Program-made: the position numbers and the translations under genes
In this document: positions 21,342-35,133 of the stretch, piece after piece
Numbering within the stretch: position 1 is the first letter of the stretch
Layout: each line of letters begins with the position of its first letter
Source of the DNA: Amoeboaphelidium occidentale
Lineage: Eukaryota
DNA length: 64,000 bases
NCBI GenBank assembly: GCA_023515795.1
Contig: JALGPX010000014.1
Span: 248,001 to 312,000, forward strand
Direction: 5' to 3'
The notes under the pieces: model-generated
What the model was told of the DNA's origin: nothing
What the model saw: the letters and a program-made list of their open reading frames with translations, nothing else
Database searches by the model: none

Positions 21342-24300
21342 ATGACATCCTCAGCAGCGACGCACCAACAAGTTACAAAATTCTACGAAACTTTCAAGCA
21401 GGAGATTTCGAGCATTTCTAACGAACTTGAATTCTATTCGGCAGCGTTTTATGAAGTATTTTGTGGGATCGTGTCAGCATGGCTCAGCACCAAAAGCCTG
21501 ACATTGGGTCAGAAGACTGAAGCCATTCAGATTCTTCTAAATACTGCCTTGCGCGAATTTCCTGGATTCGTAGAGCCTTTGGTCAAGTGTACGCTGTACC
21601 TAATCGACGTATTAAGCAAAGGCGCTGTTGACGAGGACGACGTTGCTCCCGTGCTAAAGAAATTTGCGTACATGATTAACAACGATGAGATGGTCAAGGA
21701 GTGCATTGAGAGTCCCTCGCTGTTACAGAAAGCTGATATTTTGGAAAGCGCTACGGACTTTAATCGGAAGATAATTAAGATAAACACTTCCTTGCTCTAC
21801 AAGCAGCAAAAGTACAATTTGTTACAAGAAGAATCTGAAGGTTATTCCAAGTTAGTCCAGGGCATTTTGCATCAGAAGATTTCAAAGGCAAGTGAAATTT
21901 ACGAGTTAATTGGGTACTTTGACTTAGATCCTAATCGTGTTGCTGATTTAATTGTCCAAATTGGTGCAGCCTCATATGATCGCGCCAAAGATGGAAACTA
22001 TTATTTGACTTTCCTTAAAAAGTTGGATGTAAGTTCTAAGCGTCTTTGCAATATTTTGGGATTTGTTCTTTCATCAGATTCTTTTGACAGCGATGGATGT
22101 TTTGACTTTGTGTCTCTTCTTTTACGTTCTGGTTTAGTTCAATTGGAAGACCTTTACCCTTATCTTGAACCTGACGATGCATCATTTCAGGCCTTTGGTT
22201 CAAAGGCTAAATTGGGTGATGGAGTAGGAGGAAGCACTAGCAAAATATCGTTGTCTTCAAAGTTGGGATCGCTTGATGATATGGATAGCAATGATATGAT
22301 TATTGTTGAATCTGATAATAAGGATGATAAAGCTGTTTTCAAAGCAAAAGGTCGTGATGGTATTATCAATAGCAAGGCATTCTTATTTTCCGCTTTGCTG
22401 AGAAACGGCTTGTTACACGAAGCTCTGAGCGTTTTTAAGAGACTCCAATGGCCAATTGAAAGTCTATTAAATTCCATGAACATGGCATTTTTAAGTAATT
22501 GTCTGGAAACATGCATTGAGCCTTTGTATGCGGAAGTTAGAATTCGGAAGAATTCGAAGACAGAAACAGAAATCAACCAGCAAGGAGACAACCCTCTTAT
22601 TTGTAACTCAATTGATGATTTTTATTCCAAAGTTTGTCCTGTTCTGTTGAAATTCGGGAAGTTTGGGTTCACTGTGAAGCTGCTGTCTAAATTGATAAGA
22701 ATTGGTTGCAAACATGTGAAGGAACGAGAAGACTTGTGGTTTGAACTTGTGAGGCATGTGCTTACAAAGAATCAAGAAACCAATGTTGGTTATATTATTA
22801 TGCTGCAGAAGATGTTTGAAGAGTTTCCTTCGAAAGATATCAAGTATAAAATTTACTCTTGCTTGGACAATGAGACCAAAAGAGGAGCTGTTATTGAAAC
22901 CAGAAGAATTTTGCGAAGAATTACCAAAGACAATTACAAAGAATTCGGAAGAGCTCTTAGCAAGCTTTGCCATGAAAATCCCTTTTCTTGCTTCAACACA
23001 ATTTTGGATCAAATTGAAGCTTATGATAATCTCATTCACCCAATGGTAGATTGTCTGCGATATCTAACACCTTTTGAATATGACTTGATGCTTTGGCTCA
23101 CTACAAGCAGAATTAGTTCATCTTCAAAGCCAAGATTGAAGGAAGATGGCACGAATTACAGTCAATGGCTCTCTAATCTCTCCCAGTTTATTGTTCAATT
23201 ATACAAGAAGTATTCTCCAACTCTGAAAATTGATTTCCTGTTGGAATATGTGTATTACAATGGATTATCAAGATCTAGCGATTTTGTTGATTCCTTAGTC
23301 ATACTAACAGATCTTGTTAAGTCTATGACCGGTATTGAACAGTTGCTTGATGGACTTTCCGACAATTATCTTGAAGGAATGAGTGGTGGACGATTACTCA
23401 GACAAGAAACCATCAATTCAACAAACAATGGTGCTTTTGGTAAGAACTCGATGAAACTTTTGGCTTCTATCAATGAGATTGGTTTGGTGACGAAATTGGG
23501 TATTTTCCTTTATGAATTGCGGGAAAAGACCTTGTTTAACGATACTTATTCTGACATCAATCCAAAAATTGTTTCATCGAACTACGACAATTTTCATTCT
23601 GCTTTTGTTCTATACAAGAACTTCATTACTTATTGCGTAAACATTAACGATCAGCTGCATTCAAAGTTTGATAAGGATGATGATATCTATTATGCCTTGC
23701 TGAACAGAGAAATGTTAAACGTCACTGATGAGGTAAAGAATATATCAGGAGGTTCTATGAAGGACGAAGACATGTTGATGGATCTGTTTTGGCTGCTGGA
23801 TTATTCACTTGTTTCTGTTCCTGTTGGTAGATATAATTATGAGATTGAAAAGTTGAAGAGTTCATGCCGCCAAGTAGAGTCTTCCTTAGCACAGAAAGCC
23901 GAATTCTATCCATCGAGCAACGAGGTTAAAAGGCTTGCGAAAGAAAAGGAAAAACTCGAGTTGCTTATTTCAAAGTTAGAAGTTGAGCTTACGAACAGAA
24001 CTGAAAGCGTCGAGAAAAACCTTCAACATCTTCAAGAGATCTTGGTTACTGTCGATTTTGATACAATTGACTGGGAATTATTCGTTAAAAAGTGTTTATA
24101 CCCTAGAGTTAAGATATCGCCTTTGGATGCCATGTTCTCAGCCAAATTTTTGTCAATTGTTAAAGGTTCTTGTAAGAAAGGCGATCTGGTCATATTAAAG
24201 CTGGTGCAGCTGCTTTCTGACTACAACTATACATTCACTAGCTCTCTATCACTTTCAGAGTCGAATAATTACGGAAGACTGTTTGCTGGCTTATTGAAGG

Positions 24301-25761
24301 AACTTGATGCTAGGAAAGATCCAGATGACTACAGTTCGTACCATATTTATTCGCAGTTAACAGAATCATTCAAGAAGCTCTTGCTGTCTGAGGATGATCT
24401 AAAGATCAGGAACGCGATTGTTGTTCTTGATAAATTGACAACCAACTTCCCACTGTTTAAAGATTTTGGAATGACTTTGATCAAAACAATGGATACTGTT
24501 TACGATCATCTTATTAAAGAAGGAAAAGACGACTTGAAAGTGATGGCTAACAGATACAAAGGACAGCTCTCAGTTTCCGAGAGCTCGCTCCTTAGTAGCA
24601 TTTACCAAAAGCCGAATTTCGTTGATGTTTCTGTGACGGCAAATCAAGAAGATGATAAATCTGTTTTAAGTGAGTATGAAGAAGGTATGATTGATATTCC
24701 GTCGGCAAATGGAACTAAGAATGACTCTGATACTAAGGAGAAAGCACAGGAGTCGAAGCGACCTGAAGTGAAGAAAGAAGATACACAGTCAAGTCGTAAA
24801 CCTGACCAAGCAAGAAAAGATCCAGTAGCAGTTGGCAATAATGACAAAAAACAGACGCCTTACAGGACCGATGATAATTACCGTTATAGAAAAGATAATT
24901 TGCCAGATAGAAAAGGTTTCGATAAAGGCAAACCATATGATTCCGAACGTCGACCTTCACCTCGTTTCGGTGGCGCTTATAATGATGCTGCTAGTCGATC
25001 TCCACGTGTCCCAAGTGATAACAGGAATGCAAAAGATCAAGTCAGCAAAGTACCGCGAGATGCACCTAAAGATAATCGAGATGACAACTACTACCGGGCA
25101 ACACCATCCTCTTCTAAGCCTGCAGATAGAAACGATCAAGAAAGGGATTATAAAGGAAGTTCAAGTGCCGAAACAAGTCAGAAGCGACCACATGACAGAA
25201 CAGATGGAACAAACGCTGACTTGAACAGAAATCATTACGTCGAAGCATGGGTTGATAATAGTGGTAACAGCAAAAAGAGAGCTAAAGTAGAAAGCAGTGC
25301 GTCTCCAAAGAAGCCAAATGTTTCTTATGACGAACCGCGTTATGTAGAAAGAAGAGATAATCGCGGAAGCAGTGATTACAACAAGTCTAAAGAAACATTT
25401 CAAATAAGCAGATCTAGTGGCGCTAAACAAGGACAAGACGATGAAGCAAGAGCAGAAAAGAAGTTTGAATTTCGTCAAGGTAGGTACCGAAGAGTTATTC
25501 CTTCAGCTATGGATGCTTTGAACAACATCCAGAGATCCAATTATGATAACCGACCAAGAGGATCCANNNNNNNNNNNNNNNNNNNNNGAAGCAAGAGCAG
25601 AAAAGAAGTTTGAATTTCGTCAAGGTAGGTACCGGAGAGTTATTCCTTCAGCTATGGATGCTTTGAACAACATCCAGAGATCCAATTATGATAACCGACC
25701 AAGAGGATCCAACCCAGAAAATCCACGCGAAACAAAAAAGTACGATAATAGGCGAAGATAA
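21342..25761 (+). CDS. THO2: THO complex subunit 2
   Basis: INTSLLYKQQKYNLLQEESEGYSKL, LIGYFDLDPNRVAD, QIEAYDNLI, IRNAIVVL; charged tail. True 3' end reached after removing the gap overlap (25444-25565 repeated at 25588-25709). Confidence 0.92.
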
Positions 25762-25867
25762 TAAACCAGAAAATTTCTAAGTTGCGTGTAAAATATGCGA
25801 GCTAACATGAAACTGTTTGGCACAAGCTCCAAGCTTTGATTGACGTAACAAAGTTCGATTTTGCGCA

Positions 25868-27301
25868 ATGAAATCGTTGCAGTTCCTGTTAAAGAGAAAC
25901 TTGGCTACTGTCAAGCAAAAGACTTCTTTTGGTCTTAAGGATGAAGACAGAATATTTAGCAACTTGTACGGACAGGCTGACTGGGGCTTAAAAGGAGCTT
26001 TGGCCAGAGGCGACTGGTACAAGACTAAAGAACTCATCATCAAGGGCGACGACTGGATTATCAATGAAATGAAGGCCAGTGGCTTAAGAGGAAGAGGCGG
26101 AGCCGGATTTCCTAGCGGCCTTAAGTGGAGCTTTATGAACAAGCCAGGCTGGGAGAAGGACCCACGGCCGCGCTATCTTGTTATAAACGCTGACGAAGGT
26201 GAACCGGGAACATGTAAAGACAGAGAAATTATGCGCCAGGAACCTCACAAACTTATCGAAGGTTGCGTGTTGGCCGGCAGAGCAATGAATGCGAATGCTG
26301 CGTATATTTACATTAGAGGCGAATTTCACTTGGAAGGAAAGCGTTTACAGGCTGCAATTGACGAGGCATACAAGGCTAAACTTATTGGAAAGAATGCCTG
26401 TGGCTCTGGATATGATTTTGATGTTTACTTGCACAGAGGTGCTGGTGCGTACATTTGCGGTGAAGAGACTTCATTAATTGAAAGTCTCGAAGGAAAGCCT
26501 GGTAAACCACGATTGAAGCCTCCATTCCCTGCTGATATTGGTTTATTTGGATGCCCTACGACTGTCGCTAACGTTGAGACCGTTGCTGTCGCTCCTACTA
26601 TTTTAAGAAGAGGAGGTTCTTGGTTTTCTGGTCTTGGAAGAGAACGCAACGCAGGTACAAAGTTATTCTGTATCAGCGGCCATGTGAATAATCCTTGCAC
26701 TGTTGAAGAAGAAATGTCTATTCCATTGAAAGAACTTATTGAGAAGCATTGTGGTGGTGTTCGCGGTGGTTGGGACAATTTACTGGCTGTAATTCCAGGT
26801 GGATCATCTACTCACATGTTACCAAAGAAAGTCTGTGATGAAGTATTGATGGATTTCGACTCTTTGAAACAGGCTGGATCTGGTCTGGGTACAGCTGCTG
26901 TTATTGTTATGGACAAGTCAACTGATATTGTTCATGCTATTACTCGCCTTAGTGCATTTTACAAGCATGAATCTTGCGGTCAATGCACACCATGCAGAGA
27001 AGGTACCACATGGCTTTACAATATGATGAAGCGTATGGAAGTTGGTAATGCTAAATTACAAGAGATTGATATGTTGGAGGAATTAACCAGAGAAATCGAA
27101 GGTCACTCTATTTGTGGTCTAGGAGACGCTGCTGCTTGGCCAATTCAAGGTTTACTAAGACACTTCAGACCTGAGCTTGAGCGACGTATTCAAAACTTCC
27201 AGAAGGCTTCAACAAAGGAATACATTGTAGGAGGATATCAAAAAGACGAAACCAAGAGTATGGCCGAGTTAAATCAGCCAACTAATGCGTTCTACTCTTA
27301 A
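25868..27301 (+). CDS. NDUFV1: NADH:ubiquinone oxidoreductase 51-kDa flavoprotein subunit
   Basis: [49 protein letters not shown]. Confidence 0.98.
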   Translation: MKSLQFLLKRNLATVKQKTSFGLKDEDRIFSNLYGQADWGLKGALARGDWYKTKELIIKGDDWIINEMKASGLRGRGGAGFPSGLKWSFMNKPGWEKDPRPRYLVINADEGEPGTCKDREIMRQEPHKLIEGCVLAGRAMNANAAYIYIRGEFHLEGKRLQAAIDEAYKAKLIGKNACGSGYDFDVYLHRGAGAYICGEETSLIESLEGKPGKPRLKPPFPADIGLFGCPTTVANVETVAVAPTILRRGGSWFSGLGRERNAGTKLFCISGHVNNPCTVEEEMSIPLKELIEKHCGGVRGGWDNLLAVIPGGSSTHMLPKKVCDEVLMDFDSLKQAGSGLGTAAVIVMDKSTDIVHAITRLSAFYKHESCGQCTPCREGTTWLYNMMKRMEVGNAKLQEIDMLEELTREIEGHSICGLGDAAAWPIQGLLRHFRPELERRIQNFQKASTKEYIVGGYQKDETKSMAELNQPTNAFYS

Positions 27302-27377
27302 TAAAAAGATAATGACAAGGCGCAAGTTAAAGGAGCGTTCAAACTGTTAATCGATTTCCTTATCGTGTAATTGACGT

Positions 27378-28923
27378 ATGGATCAGAATCTTAATGTTCC
27401 GAGTATAGAAAGTATCAGAGGAGATAAAAGCAGACCAATAACAAGAGTGCATCGAGTGCCTTCCAGCAGGGAATCTTCACCAACGAGACAGCATCCCATC
27501 ATGGCGAAGGAGCTTTTAGCCACAAAGAACGAGATCACGCCAAAAATGGTACACTTTCTACATATCATCACAATGCTGACATGTGCAGATAATATTCATG
27601 TGTGGTTTACCGGCTACAGGGAAGTCTTATATGGCAAAGAAAATCAAAAGATATCTTAATTGGATCGGATTTAAAACGGAAGTGTTCAACGTTGGTAATC
27701 GGCGGAGACTCAGTACTATGCCTGATAATGACACAGCCATAAGGATTTTGTCTGGGAATATGAATGGTTTGAGTATTGATCAGAGTAATGATCGCAGTGA
27801 TGATGCTTCGTTCAGGGCCACCAGCTCACATAGCCACAAGTTCTTTGACCCGACAAACCAGGAAGCTAAATTGCAAAGAGATCGCTGGGCGTTAGAAGTT
27901 CTGGAAGATGCTTTGCATTGGCTATCGAATGAGGGTCACGTAGCGATCCATGACGCAACAAATTCCACCGTTGAACGAAGAGCACGCTTAATTCAGGCAT
28001 TGAAGGATAAAAATCTAATTCCTGGAATAGTACCAATATTCATAGAGTCTTCATTGACAGATGAGAACATTCTGAATGAGAATATTAAGATGAAGCTATT
28101 GTCACCAGACTATCGGAATATGACGCCGGAAGAAGCAAGGGCAGATTTCTTGCTTAGAAGGAAGAACTATGAAAAAGCATACGATAGTTTAGGGGACAAA
28201 GAAAAGAGTAATGGAATATCGTTTATCAAAATTATCAATGTGGGCAGAGAATTGGTGACCAACAGAATCAAAGGTTTTCTGGAGTCACAGCTTGTGTTCT
28301 ACCTGATGAATATTTCAATTAAGCAGCGTACGATTTGGCTAACGACGCACGGTGAATCTTATGTCGATGAAAGTACAGGAGAAAGAAGGCTCACACGAAA
28401 AGGCAAACAATACGCTGATGCATTAGCTCAGTTCCAACAATCGGAGTATTTCAAGAATGAACCACACAATTCAAAAATGGAAATATGGACATCGATGCTT
28501 GGTCGATCTATTGAGATGGCTGAATTTTTCCCATCGACTTATACTTACAAGCACTCGATGTTATTGAATGAGTTGTATCCAGGAGAATTCGATAAAGTCA
28601 ATACGGACAGCAACTACGAAAGCGTTATAATTGAAAGACTCAGGCCTGTTTTGATCGAACTGGAACGGATGCCTGTCAGTGTTACGATCATCGCGAGAGA
28701 TGTCGTACTAGGGGCACTTTGCGCATACTTTTTCGATGTTCCTGCTAAAGACGCTTTAAAACTTCGTGTCCCGTTACATACAGCTGTATGCTTGAAACCG
28801 AAACCTTTTGGAACAGAAGTACTATTATTTGAATACGATCAGGAAAAGGAGTCATTTTACGAAAGCGTCGGAACATGGCGAGAAATTCTGGGCAATTCAA
28901 GTACCGAAACTTTCATAGATTAA
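27378..28923 (+). CDS. 6-phosphofructo-2-kinase / fructose-2,6-bisphosphatase family (phosphatase domain degenerate)
   Basis: Intron 27549-27588 joins the ORFs; P-loop CGLPATGKS, FNVGNRRR, DATNST..RR; phosphatase motif reads THGES rather than RHGES. Confidence 0.88.
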
Positions 28924-28939
28924 TAGAAATCATAGCAAA

Positions 28940-29614
28940 TCATTTCTTTATAGCTTTCAAGTAAAGTTTGTACCATCCAATGGATCCAGCGATCAGAGCA
29001 CAAAGAGCTTGGAAGCGTGGAGCTGCATCAAATTCCATGATATCGTAGTAACAAAACAAAAAGTCCGCCATCAGTTTAGCAATTGATATACGATTAAGAA
29101 ACAGTTTCTTCTTTAACTCTTTAGACTCTATAGAAGCATCATCCTTCTTCTGCTTGCCAACCAATTTCTTGTGAGCTTCAAACTGATCACGCAAATCGAT
29201 CATTGTACAGATCAACCATAAATAGTTTGCGTAGAATTCATACCAAAGCCCACGCTCCTTTGAGACAACCCCAATTTTACACAGGCAGACCATATCATCA
29301 AAAAAATCATTAACAACAGACAGAAAAGCATTCAAATTCCCAATAGTAACAAGTTGCTTTGATGAACTTAAAGAAACATGCGAACAGTTTTCTATAAGTT
29401 CCTCCAGAGGTTCTAGACCATGCCCAAGTCTAATGATCTTCCTGGCCATTGAGAATGCAGAGACCAGAAGTTGCAGCTTTTTAGCACTGTCAGTTTTAAC
29501 TTGTAGCGGTGATAGAGACAGAATATGAACTTTAGAAAGGTATTGGATGATCTTTAATGTTTTATCTCTTCCATCCGTCTGCCTGAGAACTATAAGGATC
29601 GAAGCCAAATTCAT
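28940..29614 (-). CDS. PEX11: Peroxisomal membrane protein PEX11
   Basis: QTDGRDKTLKIIQY, FSMARKIIRLG signature; hydrophobic C-terminus. Confidence 0.88.
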   Translation of the reverse strand: MNLASILIVLRQTDGRDKTLKIIQYLSKVHILSLSPLQVKTDSAKKLQLLVSAFSMARKIIRLGHGLEPLEELIENCSHVSLSSSKQLVTIGNLNAFLSVVNDFFDDMVCLCKIGVVSKERGLWYEFYANYLWLICTMIDLRDQFEAHKKLVGKQKKDDASIESKELKKKLFLNRISIAKLMADFLFCYYDIMEFDAAPRFQALCALIAGSIGWYKLYLKAIKK

Positions 29615-29660
29615 TCTTGCGATAGTTTCAAAAGAGTGAAGTGATCAAACACAAAGAAGA

Positions 29661-30658
29661 ATGTCAGACAAGAATGTCCTCATAGAAATGGGATTCCCTC
29701 AAGAATTAGTCGAAAAGGCTTTAAAGTCGACAAATAATTCCGGGCTACAGCCTGCGCTTGACTGGATAGAGAAATATCAGAATGGGCAGATTGTTGAATC
29801 CACCGAGCAAGGCAGCAGCTGTAAGCTTTCAGAATACCTTTGAACAGATCGTTTACCTTTGTAGCTGCTAATAAGGATGAGCACGCTGAGGATTACGTTG
29901 TCACCGATGCAGATGCTAAATCCCTCAAATGCGACGACTGCGGTAAATTGCTCAAGTCTCCGGAAGCTGCGCAACTTCATGCCGCGCGCACACAACACAC
30001 CAACTTTTCTCAGAGCACCGAAGAGATTAAGCCTTTAACGGAAGAAGAGAAAAAGCAAAAGTTGGAGGAACTGAAACAGAGGTTGGTTGAGAAGAAGGCC
30101 CAGAAAGCTGCTGAAGAATTGGCTGAGCAGAAGGAAAGGGAGAAACTACGACGCATTAGTGGAAAGGAAATTGTTGAAGCCAAAGAACGGCAAAAGGAAG
30201 TGGAAATGAAGAAGGCGGCCGAGCAGAAGAAGAGAGAACAGAGGGAAGAACGTGAGCATAGAGCTCGTGTTAAAGCTCAAATTGAAGCTGATAAACTTGC
30301 AAGGGCACAGAAAGCGCAACGAGAGAAAGAAGGGCAGAGTGCTGTTGGTGTTTCGCCTGTTTCAGCTCCTCCAGCTGCTGCATCTAATCAGTCGGATGCT
30401 ACAGTCTCTTCCAAGGATTTTACAGAAACTAGAATACAAATTCGTGCGCAAGGAAAACCGCCAATGACGAATAACTTCAAGGCTGATGATAAGTTCAATG
30501 CGCTTATTGAATATCTTGGTAAGCAAGGTTTCAGCTCAGGTTCATACACACTTCAAACAACGTTTCCGCGTAAAACATTCAATGAAACAGACTATAGCAA
30601 GACCTTTAAAGATCTTAACTTGGTCCCCTCAGCTGCATTGGTTCTGAGTATGAAATAA
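29661..30658 (+). CDS. UBA / C2H2 / coiled-coil / UBX protein (UBXN1-like Cdc48 cofactor)
   Basis: LIEMGFP..ALDWI (UBA), CDDCGK..HAARTQH, ETRIQIR..TFPRK..LVPSAAL (UBX); intron 29821-29864. Confidence 0.9.
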
Positions 30659-30685
30659 AACAGATTTCTGTAAAGTGTTATTCAA

Positions 30686-31659
30686 ATGGTATACAGAAGT
30701 TGTTTCAAGGACGATTTGCTAAAGGGATGCGTTGCTCTTGTAACAGGTGGTGCTACGGGAATAGGAAGAGCAATTGCGTATGACTTGGGTTCACTGGGAG
30801 CTACAGTTGTGCTTGCAAGCAGAACAACTGAGAAGTTATCAAAGACTGCAGCAGAGATTCAAAAGAGCATTGGCTCAAAAGGAACAGTAGATTATGTCAA
30901 ATTGAACATTAGGTCCAGTGAAGATATTTACGCTGCTATTCAGGAAGTTTTAAAAAGGCACGGAAAGCTTACGCATTTGGTGAACAACGCTGGCGGACAA
31001 TTTTTGAGTCCAGCTGAGCTGATATCAGAGAAGGGATGGAAGTCTGTTATAGACCTGAACTTAAATGGAACTTTTATGATGTGCAAGGCTGCGTTTGAGC
31101 TATACATGAAGGAGCACGGTGGTTCAATTGTGAATATCACCGTCGCGAATGCAAACGGGTAAGAACGAATACGTTTCACACAGTCTAATTAATTTGTAAA
31201 AGGTTCCCGTTTATGGCCCATTCAGGAGCCGCAAGAGCTGGAGTTGAGAACATGTCAAAAACTTTGGCTGTTGAATGGGGCACTTTCGGTGTACGCGTTA
31301 ATTGTGTTGCTTCAGGCACTCTAATAGGAAGTGGAATGAAGAATTATCCTGTTGAAGCTCAAGTACAAGTCACAAAAGAAGTTCCACAAAGAACTGTTTT
31401 AGGTAGACTTGGAACAGAAGCAGAAATTGCAAGCTGCGTCGTGTTTCTTTGCTCTCCTGCCTCTGCTTACGTCACAGGTGATACAATTAAGGCTGACGGT
31501 GGAATCACATTGCAGAAGTATTTGATGAAATCTGAATCTGAGCCCAGGAATGGTACAATGTTCCTTGGTTTTGATTCCATAGAAGAGGCAGTTGGAAATG
31601 ACGCGCCACCAATGTTCAAGGAATTACTACAGAAATATCAACAAAAGTCTAAATTGTAA
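30686..31659 (+). CDS. Peroxisomal trans-2-enoyl-CoA reductase-like SDR
   Basis: TGGATGIG, NNAGGQF, HSGAARAG (PECR-type), C-terminal PTS1 SKL; intron 31159-31202. Confidence 0.88.
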
Positions 31660-31750
31660 GCCAAGATATCATAAAACTCAGAGCCCTCAATTAATTTTTG
31701 TGCCGGATTTGCTATTTGAAACAGCGAACGCGACTTCATTTCTGCACAAG

Positions 31751-33218
31751 ATGCTCTTCGTAAAACGAAATCCGTTGGTGGATTCTGATGCGTCAAGTAA
31801 GCCCTCCAACTATCTTTATAAGCGCTGACATTTCAAGAATACACGAATACCGTAGTGACGGACGAAGGGAACGAAAAGACCGTCTTCTTCACGCCTTTTG
31901 ATGAGTTCCGGAAGAACATTGAGCAAGATGCGTTGAGTTCTTATAAGAAACCTTCAAAGTTCGATATGGATTCCGTTGCCTTGGCTACGAAGGGTAAGTC
32001 ACAAAGTGTAAGCAACTGAGGCCTTTTATAGAAATTATGGCTAAAGTCAAAACTGCGGCGCAAAAGGCAGGAGCAGAAACTATCGCATCTCCCGTGAAGA
32101 CATTAAGCTTTGGACTTTTCAATGACGCACCGAAGGATATCAAAGAGAAGCAGTTAGAGGCGTGGAAGAAGTCTGGGCTACTTGAGCATAGCGGCGTTTG
32201 GGATCAAAAAGTGGCTGCGAAAGTGGCGTTGGCTCACGGGGTTCCATCAGAATTACGGCCAGAGCTTTGGAAGAAGTTTGCTGGTAATGCGTTGAATGCC
32301 ACTCCGGAACTGTTCAAGATATTTCATGGTCATGCTACAGATTTAGTTCTGCCTGTGAGCACTGCTGAGGCTGATAAAAGCGAGGAATTTGAAGAAGTTA
32401 GTTTAGTTGAAGCTGATGATGATGTCTTTGATACTGCCTCCGACTCAACAATAACGCCTGAAAAAGTAGACAAGCTGAATAATTCTGAGAACAGAAAAAT
32501 GCTGGGCAATGAAAAGTCTGTGTGTTTGATATCTGTCGATTTACCTCGCACTTCCTCCAACACCCAATTGCTAAACACAGATGATAATCAATCTCAAGCA
32601 ACCACAAAAGAAAAGAAATTGAAAATGAAAGAAGCTCTGGAAGCTTATGTTTGTTATAGGCCTGATTTAGGATATGTTCAAGGGATGTCGTACTTAGCCC
32701 AAGTCTTTGCTTCAATCGATCAGTATGAGGCTTACGATGTATTTCTGTGTATGGCAAATGTATTGAACAGAGAATGCTTAAGAACGTTTTATTCAATGAA
32801 CCGAGAACAGTTAGATGTTTACTTCAGTTTGTTCAATTTATACTTCAAAGAACATAACCTTCCGCTGTACAATCACTTTAAGGAAATTGGCATTGAAGCG
32901 GAACTGTTTCTGCTTGAATGGATTCTGACATTATTTTCTCAAGTACTCCAGCTGAATGTTTGTTACAAAGTCTGGGATTGCTTGCTTGCTTCTGGAGACA
33001 GTTTTTTATTCAGAGTTTCTATTGCAATTCTTCAAGTTCTCTCTCCTCATTTACTCAGGATGTCATTTGAAGAAGCTGCATCATGGCTTACAAGAGCAAA
33101 CATGGAAATATCTCTGCTGTTGGGAGAAGATGCTTTGTTTACTGCCATAAAAAACACCAAGATCTCCAAGACGAAATATCGTATTTTGCTGAACGAATTC
33201 AAAAGTAAATCCAAATAA
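31751..33218 (+). CDS. TBC-domain Rab GAP (TBC1D12/14-like)
   Basis: GVPSELRPELW, ISVDLPRT, YVCYRPDLGYVQGMSY, WILTLF, VWD; upstream exons via introns 31797-31837 and 31994-32031. Confidence 0.87.
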
Positions 33219-33222
33219 ATAT

Positions 33223-34388
33223 TCAGTCCTGCAAGCTTTGATAATTTGCATGTCCTCTCATCCTATTAAAACAATATTGTGCTTTGCTGAAAAGCCATTG
33301 ATCAATCTGTTCATCTTGGCTTTTCAAGCTGAAACTCAAGTTAACCAACAAGAAGCCGCAGACAACAAAGAAAGACCCAATAATATACCCAACAGTCAGC
33401 TTTAATCCCAGGAAAATATCGAATACGAGTACAACTGGTGTCATTAGAGATAATCCAACTGTTGCAACAAGTGGAGAAGTCAGCAACGAAGCTCTCAACC
33501 ATAAAAATTCTGACAGTGCAGTTCCCAAGAGCCCGTTAAGAACGAGTAAAATCCAAGTTCTGCTACCAGCCGGCCACGAGAAATGCTCTATCCCTATTGC
33601 ATCAAAGAGAAAGAATAATGGCCAAAACAATAGGAAATTGAATACACCAACTAAACCAAAGAAAAGCATCATAGATACCCTCGACTCATCCTTGATTTTA
33701 ATCTTCAGCAGCGTTATGTAAATTGCATAAGAAAAAGCGCTTCCCAATGACATTAAATTACCAACCCAACTGTTTGACTTGTCGTTTTGAGGATTGTCCT
33801 CTGAAGACCTGCGCGTATTTGATGTAGCAACCAGTACTACGCCAACTACAGAAAACACAACAGCCAGTATACGTGTTGAGCTAAGACGTTCAATTTTTAC
33901 TAGAACACCAGCTAGTAAAGTCCATATAGAGGAAGTTGAAGCAAGAATCGTCGTGCTTGTAACCAAAGTCAGAGAATAAGACATGTTATTCAGAAAATTC
34001 GCAATGAACCATATACAGCAGAATTGAAGGCTTAGAAGCGCAGTATTTTTAACAGAAAGCTTTTCTTGGGGCTCATCCAATACAGGCACTAAATCTTCTT
34101 CCAGACTACCACTGGCATCAACACCATTCACTAGCTCGCTCTGTTCCTTCTCAGCACATTTAGACAACCCATGTCCCAAAAGAAATACGCTGAAACACGT
34201 CGTATTTAGGAAAGTTGCAAAAAATGGCTTATTATAATCCGTTTGGAACAAATGCTACAGAGGTTCAGCATGATTCCTTTGCAGACGTTTACCTCCATTA
34301 GAAAAGCAGCTGATGCCCACAGAAAAACGACACAACCGATGCATAGAATTCCCATAAGATGCCTACGACGTTCTTTTCCCAAAAGCAT
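33223..34388 (-). CDS. DMT/EamA-type transporter (SLC35F5/Thi74-like)
   Basis: About 10 TM segments; YNKPFFATFLNT, TILASTSS, LLTSPLVATVGLSL; intron 34255-34292. Confidence 0.87.
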
Positions 34389-34411
34389 TGATTTTATTAC
34401 GTCACTTTACG

Positions 34412-35029
34412 TTACTGATTTGTCTCAAAAGGATATTGACAGCCTTTGTGGTCAACCTTGATAAGAATCGAAGTATCATAGCCCAAGTCTTCCAAGCGCT
34501 GTCTCATCTCCTGGACCCATTCAGCTGGAGGGTTTGGCATTCTTGTGAATAACCATAAGCCTGAGTTATTGAAAAATGTCCCAGTCTTGCAACGACCATC
34601 CTTGCCTTTCTTAGTTGGCAAGCCGCCTGACACGATCATCCAGTCGTAAGTTTCTTGGTTGCCACGCGGATAAGTGTCAATAACCCAATAAGGCCCACGA
34701 ATGAATCTAGGCATGTACTTAAACCCTACCAACCAGTGACTTGGATTTCCCATGTCTTCAATAATACCATGCAACTTAGCTGAACCTTCCTTGCCATCAA
34801 CGGTATCAATGTTCCATGTTGTCGTCATGAAAAGCGTGTCAGAACCGTCCACAGTGTAACGATCTACGACGCAGAACATTTCATTGGGCTTTTGGTAAAT
34901 GACAGACATCTGCTCCTGAGAATACCACGGGCTTTGAATGAATGCGCTTAAATTCAATTGTGGAACGTAAGATACGTTTGGTGGAGGGCATTGAAGCGCT
35001 GCGAACAATAATTGTTGTAATAGTTGCAT
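34412..35029 (-). CDS. Secreted lipocalin-like protein
   Basis: Signal-like N-terminus; LNLSAFIQSPWY (SCR1-like), GPYWVIDT..YDWMIVSGG (SCR2-like), GLWLFTR (SCR3); intronless. Confidence 0.75.
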   Translation of the reverse strand: MQLLQQLLFAALQCPPPNVSYVPQLNLSAFIQSPWYSQEQMSVIYQKPNEMFCVVDRYTVDGSDTLFMTTTWNIDTVDGKEGSAKLHGIIEDMGNPSHWLVGFKYMPRFIRGPYWVIDTYPRGNQETYDWMIVSGGLPTKKGKDGRCKTGTFFNNSGLWLFTRMPNPPAEWVQEMRQRLEDLGYDTSILIKVDHKGCQYPFETNQ

Positions 35030-35133
35030 GATTCCGGTAAACGGAGAGTTTCAGGTGAGGCTTTGAGTTTACACGCGGTCTGGCTCCCACGGTTCATAAA
35101 GATAACATTAAAACTAAATTAACGACATATTTA

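Noticed and set aside
25444..25709. Apparent ~122-bp tandem repeat in the THO2 tail
   Set aside because: The copies flank an N-run and differ by one base; this is an unmerged scaffold overlap, not a biological repeat.
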